DNA of 64,000 nucleotides from Oligoflexia bacterium (GCA_963758495.1 CAVWVI010000004.1:928001-992000); one strand, 5' to 3'. Shown: positions 50,639-62,316, counted from the stretch's first letter. Notes: generated from the letters alone by a model not told the origin. Numbers and translations: made by a program.

Positions 50639-50678
50639 GGCGGAAGTTTTAGTCGAGAGTGAACTCAAATGTCAAGAC

Positions 50679-51488
50679 TTACCAACGTAAACCAAACGAC
50701 TCAGGGTACCATACTTGCTCAAGCCACAACGCCCGAGCAGGAGCTGTAGGCCCCACATCTAAGCGATTTCGAGTCCTTAAGATCTCTAAGGTACACTCGG
50801 GAGATCGTCGGCCCTCACCCACTTGAAGCAAAGTACCCGCAATTCCTCGCACCATTTGTTTTAAAAATCCGGTACCCATAATTCTTATTCGAATCAAACC
50901 AAAGGAATGACTCGCTCCAGCAGGAAAAGAAATGGGTTGATAGCTCACATCCGCTTCAAGAATAGTCCTCACAGTGGGACCCGGCTTCGCCCCAGATGCC
51001 TGAAAAGGCTTAAAATCATGCTCACCGACTAGGTATTGAAGTGATTCAGAAAGGCGACTTTGATCTAATCTTTTATGAATCCACCAACTCAAAGGCTCCA
51101 AATGAGGCACGGGACAAGGGCCTTGTTGAAAATAATAGCTATATTGCTTTTTTTCGGCACTTCTCTGAGCATGAAATTCAATTAAAACAGTTTTAACTCC
51201 AAGAATCCGGATATTCATGGGAAGTAAGCCATTCAAACCACGTTGAAGAATCTGAGGATCCCACTCTTTTCCTCGCAGTATAAAATGAGCAACCTGTCCC
51301 ATGGCATGAACGCCCGAATCAGTTCGACCACTTCCCACAATGGACACGGTCTCACCTGTCATCCGCTGAAGAGCCTGTTCAATTGTAGCTTGAATGCTCG
51401 GATAACCTGAAGCACCAGAGCCTTTCTGCTTTTGCCAGCCACAGTAATCACTTCCTACATAAGATATGAGTAAACAATACTTCCACAT
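50679..51488 (-). CDS. truA: tRNA pseudouridine(38-40) synthase
   Basis: GSGRTDSGVHA, GFLKQMVR. Confidence 0.96.
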   Translation of the reverse strand: MWKYCLLISYVGSDYCGWQKQKGSGASGYPSIQATIEQALQRMTGETVSIVGSGRTDSGVHAMGQVAHFILRGKEWDPQILQRGLNGLLPMNIRILGVKTVLIEFHAQRSAEKKQYSYYFQQGPCPVPHLEPLSWWIHKRLDQSRLSESLQYLVGEHDFKPFQASGAKPGPTVRTILEADVSYQPISFPAGASHSFGLIRIRIMGTGFLKQMVRGIAGTLLQVGEGRRSPECTLEILRTRNRLDVGPTAPARALWLEQVWYPESFGLRW

Positions 51489-52483
51489 CAGTATTCAATA
51501 GCCAATCCCATCACTATACCGTTAGTCGTGAAGTGAACATCACCGCCAAGAGTGGAAAGACGGCTATAATCTATCGTTAAGTAGCTATGTTTAACGCTAT
51601 AATTTGTATAAAGATCCCACGAACTTTTTGAGCTCATCCAATCTAATAGAATAGACACCCCCAAGGAGGTGAGAAGCCCACGGGAATCTCCATGATAACC
51701 CGCTATTGAATCACTTCTCATTTCTAAGTAACCGATGAGAGTCGGGGCAACTACCACATAAGGTCTAAGAATACGAAAAAGATTAAATCGGTAACTCAAA
51801 CCCAAAGAGACGGGGATCGTAAAAAATTGAAATTTAACATTTGAAAGGCTGGAAAAATACCCACCATTCGGTTGGGCTATAGGAAAAGCAAATTGACCAT
51901 AGCCATTAAAGTAAGCCAGCCCCCCCATTCCTATGATCCCTAGGTTTCCAAACCACTCACTATGAAAGGGCTGAAACTCATAAAAAAAGGATAAGTCGGG
52001 TGCATAATTGCCACCATAGATGCTGCTAAAGCTAGCCTTTAAGATCCCCGGTGCTGCACTCACATCTCGCGTGAGTGAAACCCCATACCTCATGCCAAAT
52101 GCATGATGAATATCACCGGTTTTTTTTGCTTCTAATTGTGAATTCCCTTCCTTTACCGCTTGAATAGCTCCGCCCAACTCTTTAGGGGCCAGTTTTGCTT
52201 TCTCATGATCAATATAGGTCTCATCTTCATTGGGTGGACCTTTTTGCACTTCAGGGTCCGTCGCTTTCAACTTTTCGATATAGGACGAATTCGAAGTGGG
52301 CTCTTTATGCTCTAAGTTTTTTTTTATAATTTCACTGTAGTTTTCCGACGATGATTTTTCCGGTCCTATTTCTTTTTTTAACTGCTCAATATAGGAACCA
52401 TTTGGATTTTCATCCGCAAAACTGATGACTGGTAGAAAAAAAATTAAAAACCCAGTAGCCCAACGCTTCGGACTAAGTCTCAT
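51488..52483 (-). CDS. Outer-membrane beta-barrel protein
   Basis: Signal peptide, charged N-region, amphipathic strands, terminal aromatic (AIEY). Confidence 0.7.
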   Translation of the reverse strand: MRLSPKRWATGFLIFFLPVISFADENPNGSYIEQLKKEIGPEKSSSENYSEIIKKNLEHKEPTSNSSYIEKLKATDPEVQKGPPNEDETYIDHEKAKLAPKELGGAIQAVKEGNSQLEAKKTGDIHHAFGMRYGVSLTRDVSAAPGILKASFSSIYGGNYAPDLSFFYEFQPFHSEWFGNLGIIGMGGLAYFNGYGQFAFPIAQPNGGYFSSLSNVKFQFFTIPVSLGLSYRFNLFRILRPYVVVAPTLIGYLEMRSDSIAGYHGDSRGLLTSLGVSILLDWMSSKSSWDLYTNYSVKHSYLTIDYSRLSTLGGDVHFTTNGIVMGLAIEY

Positions 52484-53969
52484 TCGCTCTCCCCCAAATC
52501 ACTGCGCCTGAAACCATGCAAGTGACAAAGATGATCAGAAGCAATTGAGGGTGCAGGCAAATCCACGCAATCATCTCCAAAGGAGAAAGGCTGAGAAGAA
52601 CTAAACATCGAAAGACCGGATGTAAATTTAACCATTCTGCTGCCCCCGGAGACCAACTGTAGTACCAATTCACGAAGCTTTCGCCCAGTGAGCTTCTCAA
52701 TAAAACTCGGTCACGAAACTCTCTTAATAATACCACAGGAGTAGCATCTATCGACCGAAATGCGGCCGTAGCAATAAAACAACCATTCTTAGATAAAAGC
52801 CCTTGAATTGCCCCCGTATAGACAGGCTCTAAAATACAACTATTTACAGTGGGATTAGGGGGCGCATAGATGCCTGATGCATCCTGAATGATAAAAGAAA
52901 GAAAATAGGGGACCGGGATAGATTGGGTGCTATTTACAAATCCCCCCACCGGTTGGGCGGCCACACCTAATGGTATACTCTGCGCCACCAAAGTATTTTG
53001 TAAAAATCCGAGGCTCTGAGTATTAGGGGCTGTCCCCACGTTCCCCACGACAATGAGGCTGGAAGCAGGAGTAGAAGTCGAGGATAAACCAAAAAGTGTA
53101 GTATTCAGATAAATCTGAGTATCACCCGGCGTGTAGCCTTGAGAGGCTAAAGTATTTGGATCTGTACAAGCAAAAACAGGAGAATCCACCCCAAAAGATA
53201 GGGTCACCGGAGTGGTCATGGAGTCAAGTGTTGGAGTGGTGGACGGCATTGTCGTAGGATTTAAATTAGGCGAATTGACCAGAGAAAATGAGACTTGCAT
53301 TGTAGTGGGAGTTCCGGCTTGTGGCGCCGTTAAAATACTCGTTTGAGCATCTCCAGCAACACAGCCTTGAGCAGCGCCTCCCCCTGATGCCGCATAAGCT
53401 GCACAAATATCTGATGGATAAATACCCACTCGTACCGTGGCTTGGGGAGTGGGATAGGACACTGCATAATAAAGATTTTGATTGTTTCCTGCGGGTGCCG
53501 TCCCTGTTGAAGGGGATGGAATTTGATTTTGTCCAATACAGATCCCATTGCCATTCGCACTACACGAAACTCCATTGATCGCCGCAATAGGTATAGGACG
53601 CGCAGGAGTCGTGGCCGGACTGGTTTGAGCCATAATCACAACAGGCTGACCTGTCGTTTGAAAAAGCTTATCGGAATAGAAATAGAACTCAACCATGTTA
53701 GCTAAGCCAGAATCATTAATAGAAAATTTTGTGGGATCAATCGGCGCAAAATTAATAAAATCTGGAGAAGTAGGAGCTGGATTCATCACGAAATAATAAA
53801 ATGTCCCGCCAGTACTAGTAGATCCAGACACACTTCCCGCATTACTAGGAGAAAGTGTAATCAATGCATGTACTTCCCGTACAGGAAGACTGAACAGGGC
53901 ACCTACAAAAACAGAAAGGATAAATCTATTGTAATGCTTTGAGTAAAATCTCACCCATTTGGACAGCAT
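52473..53969 (-). CDS. CFI-box-CTERM surface protein
   Basis: GCFIATAAF...LREFRDRVL...FVNWYYSWSP motif followed by TM; Thr/Pro/Cys-rich ectodomain. Confidence 0.85.
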   Translation of the reverse strand: MLSKWVRFYSKHYNRFILSVFVGALFSLPVREVHALITLSPSNAGSVSGSTSTGGTFYYFVMNPAPTSPDFINFAPIDPTKFSINDSGLANMVEFYFYSDKLFQTTGQPVVIMAQTSPATTPARPIPIAAINGVSCSANGNGICIGQNQIPSPSTGTAPAGNNQNLYYAVSYPTPQATVRVGIYPSDICAAYAASGGGAAQGCVAGDAQTSILTAPQAGTPTTMQVSFSLVNSPNLNPTTMPSTTPTLDSMTTPVTLSFGVDSPVFACTDPNTLASQGYTPGDTQIYLNTTLFGLSSTSTPASSLIVVGNVGTAPNTQSLGFLQNTLVAQSIPLGVAAQPVGGFVNSTQSIPVPYFLSFIIQDASGIYAPPNPTVNSCILEPVYTGAIQGLLSKNGCFIATAAFRSIDATPVVLLREFRDRVLLRSSLGESFVNWYYSWSPGAAEWLNLHPVFRCLVLLSLSPLEMIAWICLHPQLLLIIFVTCMVSGAVIWGRANET

Positions 53970-55005
53970 TGAGGGCAGCTCCTTTTCTTAAATTATCAGA
54001 AACAACCCATAAATTCAGGCCGTTTTCAACTGACGGGTCTCTCCGAACCCGCCCCACGTAAACAGCATCTCGTCCCGTTGCACATTCCACTGGATCATTT
54101 CCAGAGGTCATCCCTAAGGGGTAGATATTCCTCTTCGGATCATCCTGTAAAATAACTCCTGGCTGTGCAGTTAAAGCCACTCTTACATCCTCAAGTTGAA
54201 ACGGACGCTCAAATTCGACATTCAAGGATTCACCATGACAAGAAAAGGTAGGAACTCGAACGGCTGTTGCAGAAACCTTGAGATTCGGCAACCCCAGCAA
54301 TTTTCTACTCTCATCGACCATTTTCAGTTCTTCACTGGTAGAGCCATCTTCCTTAAATCCGCCAATATGAGGAATGCAATTAAAAGCAATTTGATGTGTA
54401 AATTCTTTAGAGACCAACGTGTTTTGATTAAATAGTGCAACAGTCTGAAGAGAAAGCTCTTGGACAGCCGAAGTGCCCGCTCCACTCGTACTTTGGTAAG
54501 TAGAAGCTATGACTCGTTTTAGCCCCCATCGATCCATCAGAGGCTTGAGAGCCATCACCATTTGCACTGTAGAACAATTTGGACCTGCGATAATTCTCTC
54601 CCGAGGTGAAAACTTTTGAATGGGCTTGGAATTGAGATGAGCTTCTAATAAGTTCCCATTCACCTCTGGAACTACCAACAAAATATCTTTTTCTAAGCGA
54701 AAGGTAGCAGAATTATCCACCACCCAAGCACCAGCCTCTGCCGCTTGGGGAACCCACTCTTTTGAAACTGCATCGGACGCATCAAAAAATGCGATTTGAA
54801 CTCCATCGAAACATCCCTTTTCAAGGGTTTTGCAACGAACGGTTTTCCCATTCCATGAAATTGACTTTCCAGTAGATCGTGAAGAAGCAAAAGGTATCAG
54901 CTCACGAACAGGAAACTTGCGACTTTCCAAAACTCCAATCAACTCTTTTCCTACCGCTCCAGTCGCCCCAATAATCGCAATTTTAAGACCTTCTTTGTTG
55001 CTCAT
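53926..55005 (-). CDS. asd: Aspartate-semialdehyde dehydrogenase
   Basis: GATGAVG, PNCST, DNLRKGAALNA. Confidence 0.96.
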   Translation of the reverse strand: MSNKEGLKIAIIGATGAVGKELIGVLESRKFPVRELIPFASSRSTGKSISWNGKTVRCKTLEKGCFDGVQIAFFDASDAVSKEWVPQAAEAGAWVVDNSATFRLEKDILLVVPEVNGNLLEAHLNSKPIQKFSPRERIIAGPNCSTVQMVMALKPLMDRWGLKRVIASTYQSTSGAGTSAVQELSLQTVALFNQNTLVSKEFTHQIAFNCIPHIGGFKEDGSTSEELKMVDESRKLLGLPNLKVSATAVRVPTFSCHGESLNVEFERPFQLEDVRVALTAQPGVILQDDPKRNIYPLGMTSGNDPVECATGRDAVYVGRVRRDPSVENGLNLWVVSDNLRKGAALNAVQMGEILLKALQ

Positions 55006-55738
55006 AAACAGTTGTACTCCCTTTATCAGTTTTCGAGAACACGGGAACTCGCTTGATCACACATGCGAGATTCCAACCTAGACTGAGACTTATATAAGCA
55101 CCGAGCAAGATGAAAAGAGTAATTTCAGGTTTTGCCGCAATGAGGATCATCGTTAAAACCCCAACTAAAAGGTATCCGAACGTAGCACGCGATCTCCAAT
55201 TCAATTCTTTATAAGAAGGAAATCGAATCGTGCTGACCATTAAACTGGCCAATCCTAAAGTTAAGAAAAGAACATAAATCGGACGAAAACTAGACCATTC
55301 AACTGCTTGATTAAAAATATTAAACGTAGCAATCATTCCCGCAGCCATTGGAATGGGTAACCCCTGAAAATACCCCTTAGGCAGCACATTGGTATTTACA
55401 TTAAATCTCGCCAACCTCAGTGCTCCACATGTCATGTACAAGAAAGCAGCAAGCCAGCCTAATCGTTGGTAAGGCTCAAGCGCCCATTGATACAATAAAA
55501 TACTAGGAGCCAAACCAAAGGATATCAAATCGGATAAGCTATCGTACTCCACTCCAAACTGACTCGTCGCTTTAGCAAGACGGGCAATTCGGCCATCTAA
55601 CATATCAAATACGCCTGCAGCCACAATGGCCCATGATGCCGTACCGTAGTCATGATGGACAGAAGCAATAATTGAATAGAACCCACAGAACATATTCGCC
55701 GTGGTCACAAAATTGGGGATAAGATAAACTTTTCGCAT
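54983..55738 (-). CDS. pssA: CDP-diacylglycerol-serine O-phosphatidyltransferase
   Basis: DGRIAR...FGVEYDSLSD, RLARFN, FQGLP. Confidence 0.94.
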   Translation of the reverse strand: MRKVYLIPNFVTTANMFCGFYSIIASVHHDYGTASWAIVAAGVFDMLDGRIARLAKATSQFGVEYDSLSDLISFGLAPSILLYQWALEPYQRLGWLAAFLYMTCGALRLARFNVNTNVLPKGYFQGLPIPMAAGMIATFNIFNQAVEWSSFRPIYVLFLTLGLASLMVSTIRFPSYKELNWRSRATFGYLLVGVLTMILIAAKPEITLFILLGAYISLSLGWNLACVIKRVPVFSKTDKGSTTVYEQQRRS

Positions 55739-55777
55739 TTGATTCTATTTATACAACAGAAATAAAAATACGCCGAC

Positions 55778-56707
55778 CTAAAAGGCACCTAATAATAACC
55801 AAACTCCAACAACAGCTAGAATCACCCCTAAAGTCCTCAAAATAGAAAACTTCTCGAGCCCTAAAATGAACGCTGCTGGGACAGAAAGAACGGGAGACAG
55901 AGAGGCCAAAGTTGATCCCAAAACGAGCGGCGAATGAGACATTCCATACACGTAAAAAAATGAGCCAGCGAAAGCCTCAAGTACAAAGAGCCACAAGGAA
56001 TGAACCATTTGACGCTTAGGTAACAAAATGGACGACTGCGGAGCAATCAGTCTTCCAAATCCTGCGCTGAGAATCAGTGCCATGATCATACGAATCGTGG
56101 CTCCAACAGGAGTAGAAATATCAACCCCCCCACGAGCGGTGGTAAAACTATTGGTAGCCCAAGCGATAGAAGTGGCTATTGCTAATAAAAAACCCGTAAG
56201 AGGAAATACTTTCTTCGATTCGATTGAAATTGAACCTGATTTAGGCCCATTTAAAACAACGATGATCACACCACAAAGGGTGACCAACATACCGAGCCCT
56301 TGCGTAGTGGAGATGGACTGATGAGAAAATAAATACCCAGCAAGAACAGTCCAAAGAGGAAAACAAGAGCCAATTGCCAAAGCGCCGGGCACTCCCAAAG
56401 ACCGTGTACTCCATAAAAAAAGAGTATCGCCCAGCCCTAAACTTGCCGTCATGGAAAGTGCAAACCATGCCCAATGGGATGCCCGTACCGTTTGATAACT
56501 CGCAATCCCTTCCCAAAAACCACCTGATATCAAAAATGAAACCAAGATAAATAATGGCAAAGCTACGAGCGCTCGTGCAAAATTTACGGCAAATGCAGAA
56601 TATTGCTGAGTCAGTCGAGAATATCCAGCCGATCCAATTGCCCAAGTGATAGAGGAACTTAAAGCACATAAAGGACCTAAAGCAGCTGGGTTGAGCCAAT
56701 CTTCCAT
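55778..56707 (-). CDS. DMT/EamA-family transporter
   Basis: About 10 TMs in two repeats. Confidence 0.85.
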   Translation of the reverse strand: MEDWLNPAALGPLCALSSSITWAIGSAGYSRLTQQYSAFAVNFARALVALPLFILVSFLISGGFWEGIASYQTVRASHWAWFALSMTASLGLGDTLFLWSTRSLGVPGALAIGSCFPLWTVLAGYLFSHQSISTTQGLGMLVTLCGVIIVVLNGPKSGSISIESKKVFPLTGFLLAIATSIAWATNSFTTARGGVDISTPVGATIRMIMALILSAGFGRLIAPQSSILLPKRQMVHSLWLFVLEAFAGSFFYVYGMSHSPLVLGSTLASLSPVLSVPAAFILGLEKFSILRTLGVILAVVGVWLLLGAF

Positions 56708-56708
56708 A

Positions 56709-57551
56709 TTAACCTCTTTTCAGAGCATAGGGACGCGCTAAAAGCCCAGCTTTTAACTTGAGTTCTGCATCAGATGCTCGAAGGTATCTAGGATACACGA
56801 AAATACCACCCCGCGTCAATCCTGCCTGAAAGGCTTCCCAAACTAAAAGTCCAAGATAACGTCCTTGAATTTGATTTGGGTAAAGGAGGGGATCTACAAT
56901 CTCTTTCCGAATTGGGAGTTTATTCCATTCTTCAAGATAGCGTTGCCTTCCTTCACCTATAGCAACCCATTGAGTGTTTTTATTCCCACGAAGGAGTGCT
57001 TTTTTCACTGAGACCATTAAATCCTCAGGCCTCAACACTTGCTCTTGAACTCCACGTTTCCAAAGTCCTGGACTGTTCTCTTCAGGCATCACAGTACAAT
57101 TTAAAACCGATTTCGAGTCTCCCCATAGGGCAAAGAGCTCACCTTTGCACGCATCGGTGACAGCGATAGTAATTGTCTGAAATTTCAGACTTTTTTCTGA
57201 AAAATGAATAGCCACAGGCCGTAGTAGTGCGGCTAAACTTGAAACACTCACCAAAGGCTTTTGAAACGTATGGGATAAAGTACGAGCCGTAGTGATTCCA
57301 ATACGCAAACCTGTAAAACTTCCTGGACCAACTCCTACCCCAAATAGATCAACGTCTTCAAGCTTCCAACGTGCTGACTCAAGCACTTGGTGAATACCCC
57401 ACAAAAGTCGCTCCGAATGGGTTGAATCTACGTTGAGCGCCAGTTCTGCGACAAGTCGAACCGCTTTCCAATCAGGCGTTACATTCTGATCCCACTCTAA
57501 AGCAACAATAGCCCCGGACTTTGATGAGGTATCCCAAGCAATGAGTTTCAT
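56709..57551 (-). CDS. tsaB: tRNA t6A biosynthesis protein TsaB
   Basis: DTS, HSERL, GPGSFTGLRIG. Confidence 0.95.
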   Translation of the reverse strand: MKLIAWDTSSKSGAIVALEWDQNVTPDWKAVRLVAELALNVDSTHSERLLWGIHQVLESARWKLEDVDLFGVGVGPGSFTGLRIGITTARTLSHTFQKPLVSVSSLAALLRPVAIHFSEKSLKFQTITIAVTDACKGELFALWGDSKSVLNCTVMPEENSPGLWKRGVQEQVLRPEDLMVSVKKALLRGNKNTQWVAIGEGRQRYLEEWNKLPIRKEIVDPLLYPNQIQGRYLGLLVWEAFQAGLTRGGIFVYPRYLRASDAELKLKAGLLARPYALKRG

Positions 57552-59233
57552 GAATAAAAAAGACGGGCAAGATCATTACGAAATGCAATACCCATTAAAG
57601 TAAGAATTAAAATGAGTCCGACTCCTTGAACCACTTCCATCTGACGAAGGGTTAAAGGTTTTCCTCGGATACTTTCAACTCCAAGAAGTAATAGATGTCC
57701 ACCATCTAACACTGGAACGGGAAGAATATTGAGCACCCCTAATCCAATTGAAAAAATCGCCATATTCGTCAGAAAAGCAATCAATCCTCGAGTCAACGAT
57801 TCACCAGCAATCTTACCAATCATAATTGGACCCCCAAGAGAGCCCATGGAAACATCACCCGTAACCATTTTTTTCAAAGAAACCAAATTTCGCCAAGACA
57901 AGGTGATCATTCGATCAGTGGCCTGATAAACTAACTTGAAAGGATTCCATACCCGTTCGATAAAGGTCACTGGCTCAGCTAGCGTGAGCAAAGGAATCAC
58001 ACCTACCGTGTACTGGGTTGTTTTATTTAAAATAGGGTCGCGACCTGTAGTTATGGTTGGAGTAATCATAGACGAGTAGATTCGCCCTCCTCTTTCCCAA
58101 AACAACTGAACTTTACCTTCTTTTTCACCCGATTTTTGCACAGCATCTTTGAGTTCAAAAAAACTTTGAACCTCTTGACCTCCAACCCGAAGAAGCCGAT
58201 CACCATATTTTAAACCAGCAACTTCAGCAGGTGATTTTGGAACGGTTTTATCAATAAATAGCTCGGAGGAATGGAGTCCAAACACTTCCTCTAAAGTTTT
58301 AGGTAAAGCATTGGATTCTCCCTGAGAGAACTTAGGCTTCTCCCAAGTAAGAGACTTTATTTCGCCAGTTTTTGCTTTTTGAAATTGGATTTCAAACTGC
58401 GTGCCCGGCGTCATTTCAGAATAAATCGAATCCATTTCTTCCCAAGTAAGAATGGGGCGCTGATTCAATGACACGATTTTATCACCTGTTTCAATCCCAG
58501 CTTGAGCAGCCACCGATTTTGGATTTGAAACACCCACGAGATTTGCCCGAGGCAGAGGCAACATACCCTCTACTTCCCCAACTGCAGTCGACTCTCCATA
58601 AATACTAAAGCCCGTTTGACTGGATGTTTTTACTTGAATGTGAGTAGGATTTTTACTCTTAGGATGTAAAACTTCAAAATCAACGTTTCTTCCAGGACTT
58701 TCATTAAGAGCGATCACGACTTCTTCGTATTTTTTAATCGGCTTATGATCGATCGCTAAAATATGATCTCCGCTTTGAAATCCCACTTTTTCGGCAACAG
58801 ATCCATGCACCACGCGCCCAATGACATTAGCAACTTGGGGCTCACCTATCGCTAAGATTGCCATAAAGATAAAAATAGCGAGTAAAAAGTTAAACAAGGG
58901 CCCACCGAAAAAAATGAAAAACCTCTTCCAAGGTTTTTGCTTATGGAGAGCCCGCTTTTGCTCTGCTTCACTCAGTGGAGTGTCTCGATCTTCTCCCAAG
59001 AGCTTAACATAGCCTCCCATCGGGATCGCTGATACTCTAAGCTCAGTTTCCCCCATTTGCCGGGACCAAAGCGTAGGTCCAAAACCAATGGAAAATATTT
59101 CGGCCTTAACCCCAAAGATTTTGGCAAAAACAAAATGTCCAAATTCATGAAAAACAACAAGAGGTACCAAAATAATGAGAAAAGCAAAAAATGAGTGCAA
59201 AAATGAAGCGAACCCATTCGTTAAGGCGAGCAT
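57548..59233 (-). CDS. rseP: RIP metalloprotease RseP (3 PDZ-like domains)
   Basis: HEFGH, PMGGYVK, NILPVPVLDGG. Confidence 0.95.
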   Translation of the reverse strand: MLALTNGFASFLHSFFAFLIILVPLVVFHEFGHFVFAKIFGVKAEIFSIGFGPTLWSRQMGETELRVSAIPMGGYVKLLGEDRDTPLSEAEQKRALHKQKPWKRFFIFFGGPLFNFLLAIFIFMAILAIGEPQVANVIGRVVHGSVAEKVGFQSGDHILAIDHKPIKKYEEVVIALNESPGRNVDFEVLHPKSKNPTHIQVKTSSQTGFSIYGESTAVGEVEGMLPLPRANLVGVSNPKSVAAQAGIETGDKIVSLNQRPILTWEEMDSIYSEMTPGTQFEIQFQKAKTGEIKSLTWEKPKFSQGESNALPKTLEEVFGLHSSELFIDKTVPKSPAEVAGLKYGDRLLRVGGQEVQSFFELKDAVQKSGEKEGKVQLFWERGGRIYSSMITPTITTGRDPILNKTTQYTVGVIPLLTLAEPVTFIERVWNPFKLVYQATDRMITLSWRNLVSLKKMVTGDVSMGSLGGPIMIGKIAGESLTRGLIAFLTNMAIFSIGLGVLNILPVPVLDGGHLLLLGVESIRGKPLTLRQMEVVQGVGLILILTLMGIAFRNDLARLFYS

Positions 59234-59245
59234 TACGACCTCCGA

Positions 59246-60073
59246 TTAATTAAATATCCAAATACAAGCATACATCGCGGGAAGACTAAAAATCACTCCA
59301 TCAAATCGATCTAACATACCGCCATGTCCTGGAAGAATAGATCCTGAATCCTTTTTATCAAAAGCTCGCTTAAAAAAGCTCTCACAAAGATCCCCTACTT
59401 GCGCCATGCTTCCTACAAAAACAGGTATAAATACCGCACCTAGCCAAGACATATTGTGAATCAACAGCAGCTTAAAAACAAAAGTCACAAGAATACCCGC
59501 AAGAATCCCACCCAGAGCACCTTCCCTTGTTTTTTTAGGGCTTATTTCTGGATAAAGTTTTATTTTTCCATATTTTTTGCCCACAAAATAAGCTGCCGAA
59601 TCTCCCATCCAAACAATAAATAGAAAAAGAACAGTCCATTCTACTCCGTTTGCTGATTCATAAATTTTGCGCAAATAGAGAGGTAGAAAAATCAAATAAA
59701 GGACTGCAAAAAAAGAATACATCAGCTCCTTAAAATGAATTGAAAAATTGAGTTGCTTATGACGCTTGGCGCTGATTAAAAAATAAATAAAGAGCACTAT
59801 GAAGGTGACCACGAGTGACTGATATTCCGAATGGTGCGCCAGTAAATTTACAAGTGCAACAAACCAGCCTAATGACAAAAGCACATAGCGTTTCTCAATA
59901 CGATCCCCTAATGTGAAAATAATATCTGTAAACTCAACTATCATGGCAAGAGAGAGAAGAGTCGAAAGAAAAAATATCCCCAAGGTTCCACCAAAAACTA
60001 CAAGACCTAAGAGGGCAATCCCGCCTATTAGCCCAGTGAGGACTCTTTTCTTGAGTTCGCTGTTTCCATTCAT
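59246..60073 (-). CDS. cdsA: Phosphatidate cytidylyltransferase
   Basis: ISPKKTREG, KDSGSILPGHGGMLDRFD. Confidence 0.96.
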   Translation of the reverse strand: MNGNSELKKRVLTGLIGGIALLGLVVFGGTLGIFFLSTLLSLAMIVEFTDIIFTLGDRIEKRYVLLSLGWFVALVNLLAHHSEYQSLVVTFIVLFIYFLISAKRHKQLNFSIHFKELMYSFFAVLYLIFLPLYLRKIYESANGVEWTVLFLFIVWMGDSAAYFVGKKYGKIKLYPEISPKKTREGALGGILAGILVTFVFKLLLIHNMSWLGAVFIPVFVGSMAQVGDLCESFFKRAFDKKDSGSILPGHGGMLDRFDGVIFSLPAMYACIWIFN

Positions 60074-60831
60074 ACAGACGCCAAAATAGGATTATCGTTG
60101 TGCTCAGGATTCACTTGGGTCAACCCTCCAAATCGTCGCTCTCGCTTCGAATATTCTAAAATAGCTGCGGTTAACTCTTGAGGAGTAAAATCAGGCCAAC
60201 AGATATCTAGAAACACGAATTCAGCATAGGCCGCCTGCCATAATAAAAAGTTACTCACCCGAAATTCTCCGCTTGTCCGAATAAAAAGATCTACCTCAGA
60301 AAGTTCATGACACTTTGAAGTCCATAAATACTTGTTCATCAAATTTTCATCTAAGTTTTCAGGAGTGTTTTGGCCCGTCATGCAATCTTCAGCAAATTGC
60401 TTAGCCGCACGAACCAATTCTCTCCGAGAACCATAAGATAATGCAAATGTCAGAAGTAGTCCTGTATTACCGGAGAGCTTTTGGACAACTCCATCCAAAA
60501 CCTTTCGTAGACTTTCATCAAGACGATCCACTTCTCCAATCACATGGAGTCGAACATTTTGTCGATGAAGCTCATTTGCATCACGAATTAAATACTTTCT
60601 GAGAAGTTTCCAAAGAATATTGAGTTCATTCTCCGGTCGAGCCCAATTTTCAGTTGAAAACGCATAAAGCGTCAGTGCCTTAACACCTAAACGACTCGCA
60701 GTATCCACCACTGCGCGAACTCGTGACGCCCCTCTTACATGCCCAAAAAAGCGAGGACGTCCACGTCGCTGGGCCCAACGACCATTTCCATCCATGATAA
60801 TTGCAATATGTTTAGGGATCGTTAAATTCAC
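60070..60831 (-). CDS. uppS: Undecaprenyl diphosphate synthase
   Basis: IMDGNGRWA, FSTENW, RTSGEFRVSNF. Confidence 0.97.
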   Translation of the reverse strand: MNLTIPKHIAIIMDGNGRWAQRRGRPRFFGHVRGASRVRAVVDTASRLGVKALTLYAFSTENWARPENELNILWKLLRKYLIRDANELHRQNVRLHVIGEVDRLDESLRKVLDGVVQKLSGNTGLLLTFALSYGSRRELVRAAKQFAEDCMTGQNTPENLDENLMNKYLWTSKCHELSEVDLFIRTSGEFRVSNFLLWQAAYAEFVFLDICWPDFTPQELTAAILEYSKRERRFGGLTQVNPEHNDNPILASV

Positions 60832-60851
60832 TTGTTAAATTCACTTATTTC

Positions 60852-61409
60852 TCAAATAGTCATGATTTCTTTTTCTTTAGATAGGATAGTCTTATCCACC
60901 TCAGCTACTTTTTCGTCTGTTTTCTTTTGGACAAGTTCCATAGCTTTTTTTGCATCATCTTCGGATAATAGTTTTGCCTTTTCTTCCTTCTTCAACTCTT
61001 CGTTGCCGTCCCGCCGATGATTCCGCACAGCAATTTTCGTTTCCTCACCCATTTTCTTAACTAACTTAACCATTTCCTTACGTCGCTCTTCAGTCAAGAG
61101 AGGAAGTGGAATTCTTATCACTTTCCCATCACTCTGGGGAGTCAAGCCAATATTAGCAGCTAAAATAGCTTTCTCAATTGCCCCAATCATTCCGCCTTCC
61201 CAAGGAGAAACCTGAATTGTTCGAGCATCAGGCGTAGTCACATTAGCTACCTGATTTAAGGGGACACTGGATCCATAATAATCCACATGAACCGTATCTA
61301 CGAGCGCAGTAGATGCTCGTCCCGTACGGACTTTAGCAAGATCTGCCTTAAGGGATTGAATGCTTTTATCCATGCTTTGAGCCATTGAGTCGAGCACTGC
61401 TTTTGACAT
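60852..61409 (-). CDS. frr: Ribosome recycling factor
   Basis: RTGRA, LTEERRK. Confidence 0.97.
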   Translation of the reverse strand: MSKAVLDSMAQSMDKSIQSLKADLAKVRTGRASTALVDTVHVDYYGSSVPLNQVANVTTPDARTIQVSPWEGGMIGAIEKAILAANIGLTPQSDGKVIRIPLPLLTEERRKEMVKLVKKMGEETKIAVRNHRRDGNEELKKEEKAKLLSEDDAKKAMELVQKKTDEKVAEVDKTILSKEKEIMTI

Positions 61410-61482
61410 GATTCTCTCCTTCGTGAGCTTACAGGCGTCAGGCTACAGCTCACAGCTTTAATTATGCTTTTATTATTTTTAA

Positions 61483-62226
<744 letters not shown>

Positions 62227-62246
62227 TTAGGACCCTAGAGTACAGT

Positions 62247-62276
62247 CTCCCGGCTTCTTTTTAAAGAAGCCGGGAG
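62247..62276. terminator. Strong hairpin between tsf and pyrH (terminator or mRNA stabiliser)
   Basis: CTCCCGGCTTCTTT tt AAAGAAGCCGGGAG; no clear U tract. Confidence 0.6.
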
Positions 62277-62316
62277 GAATATAAAATCCATCCTAAAAAT
62301 TAGGCTAGACTTTTAA

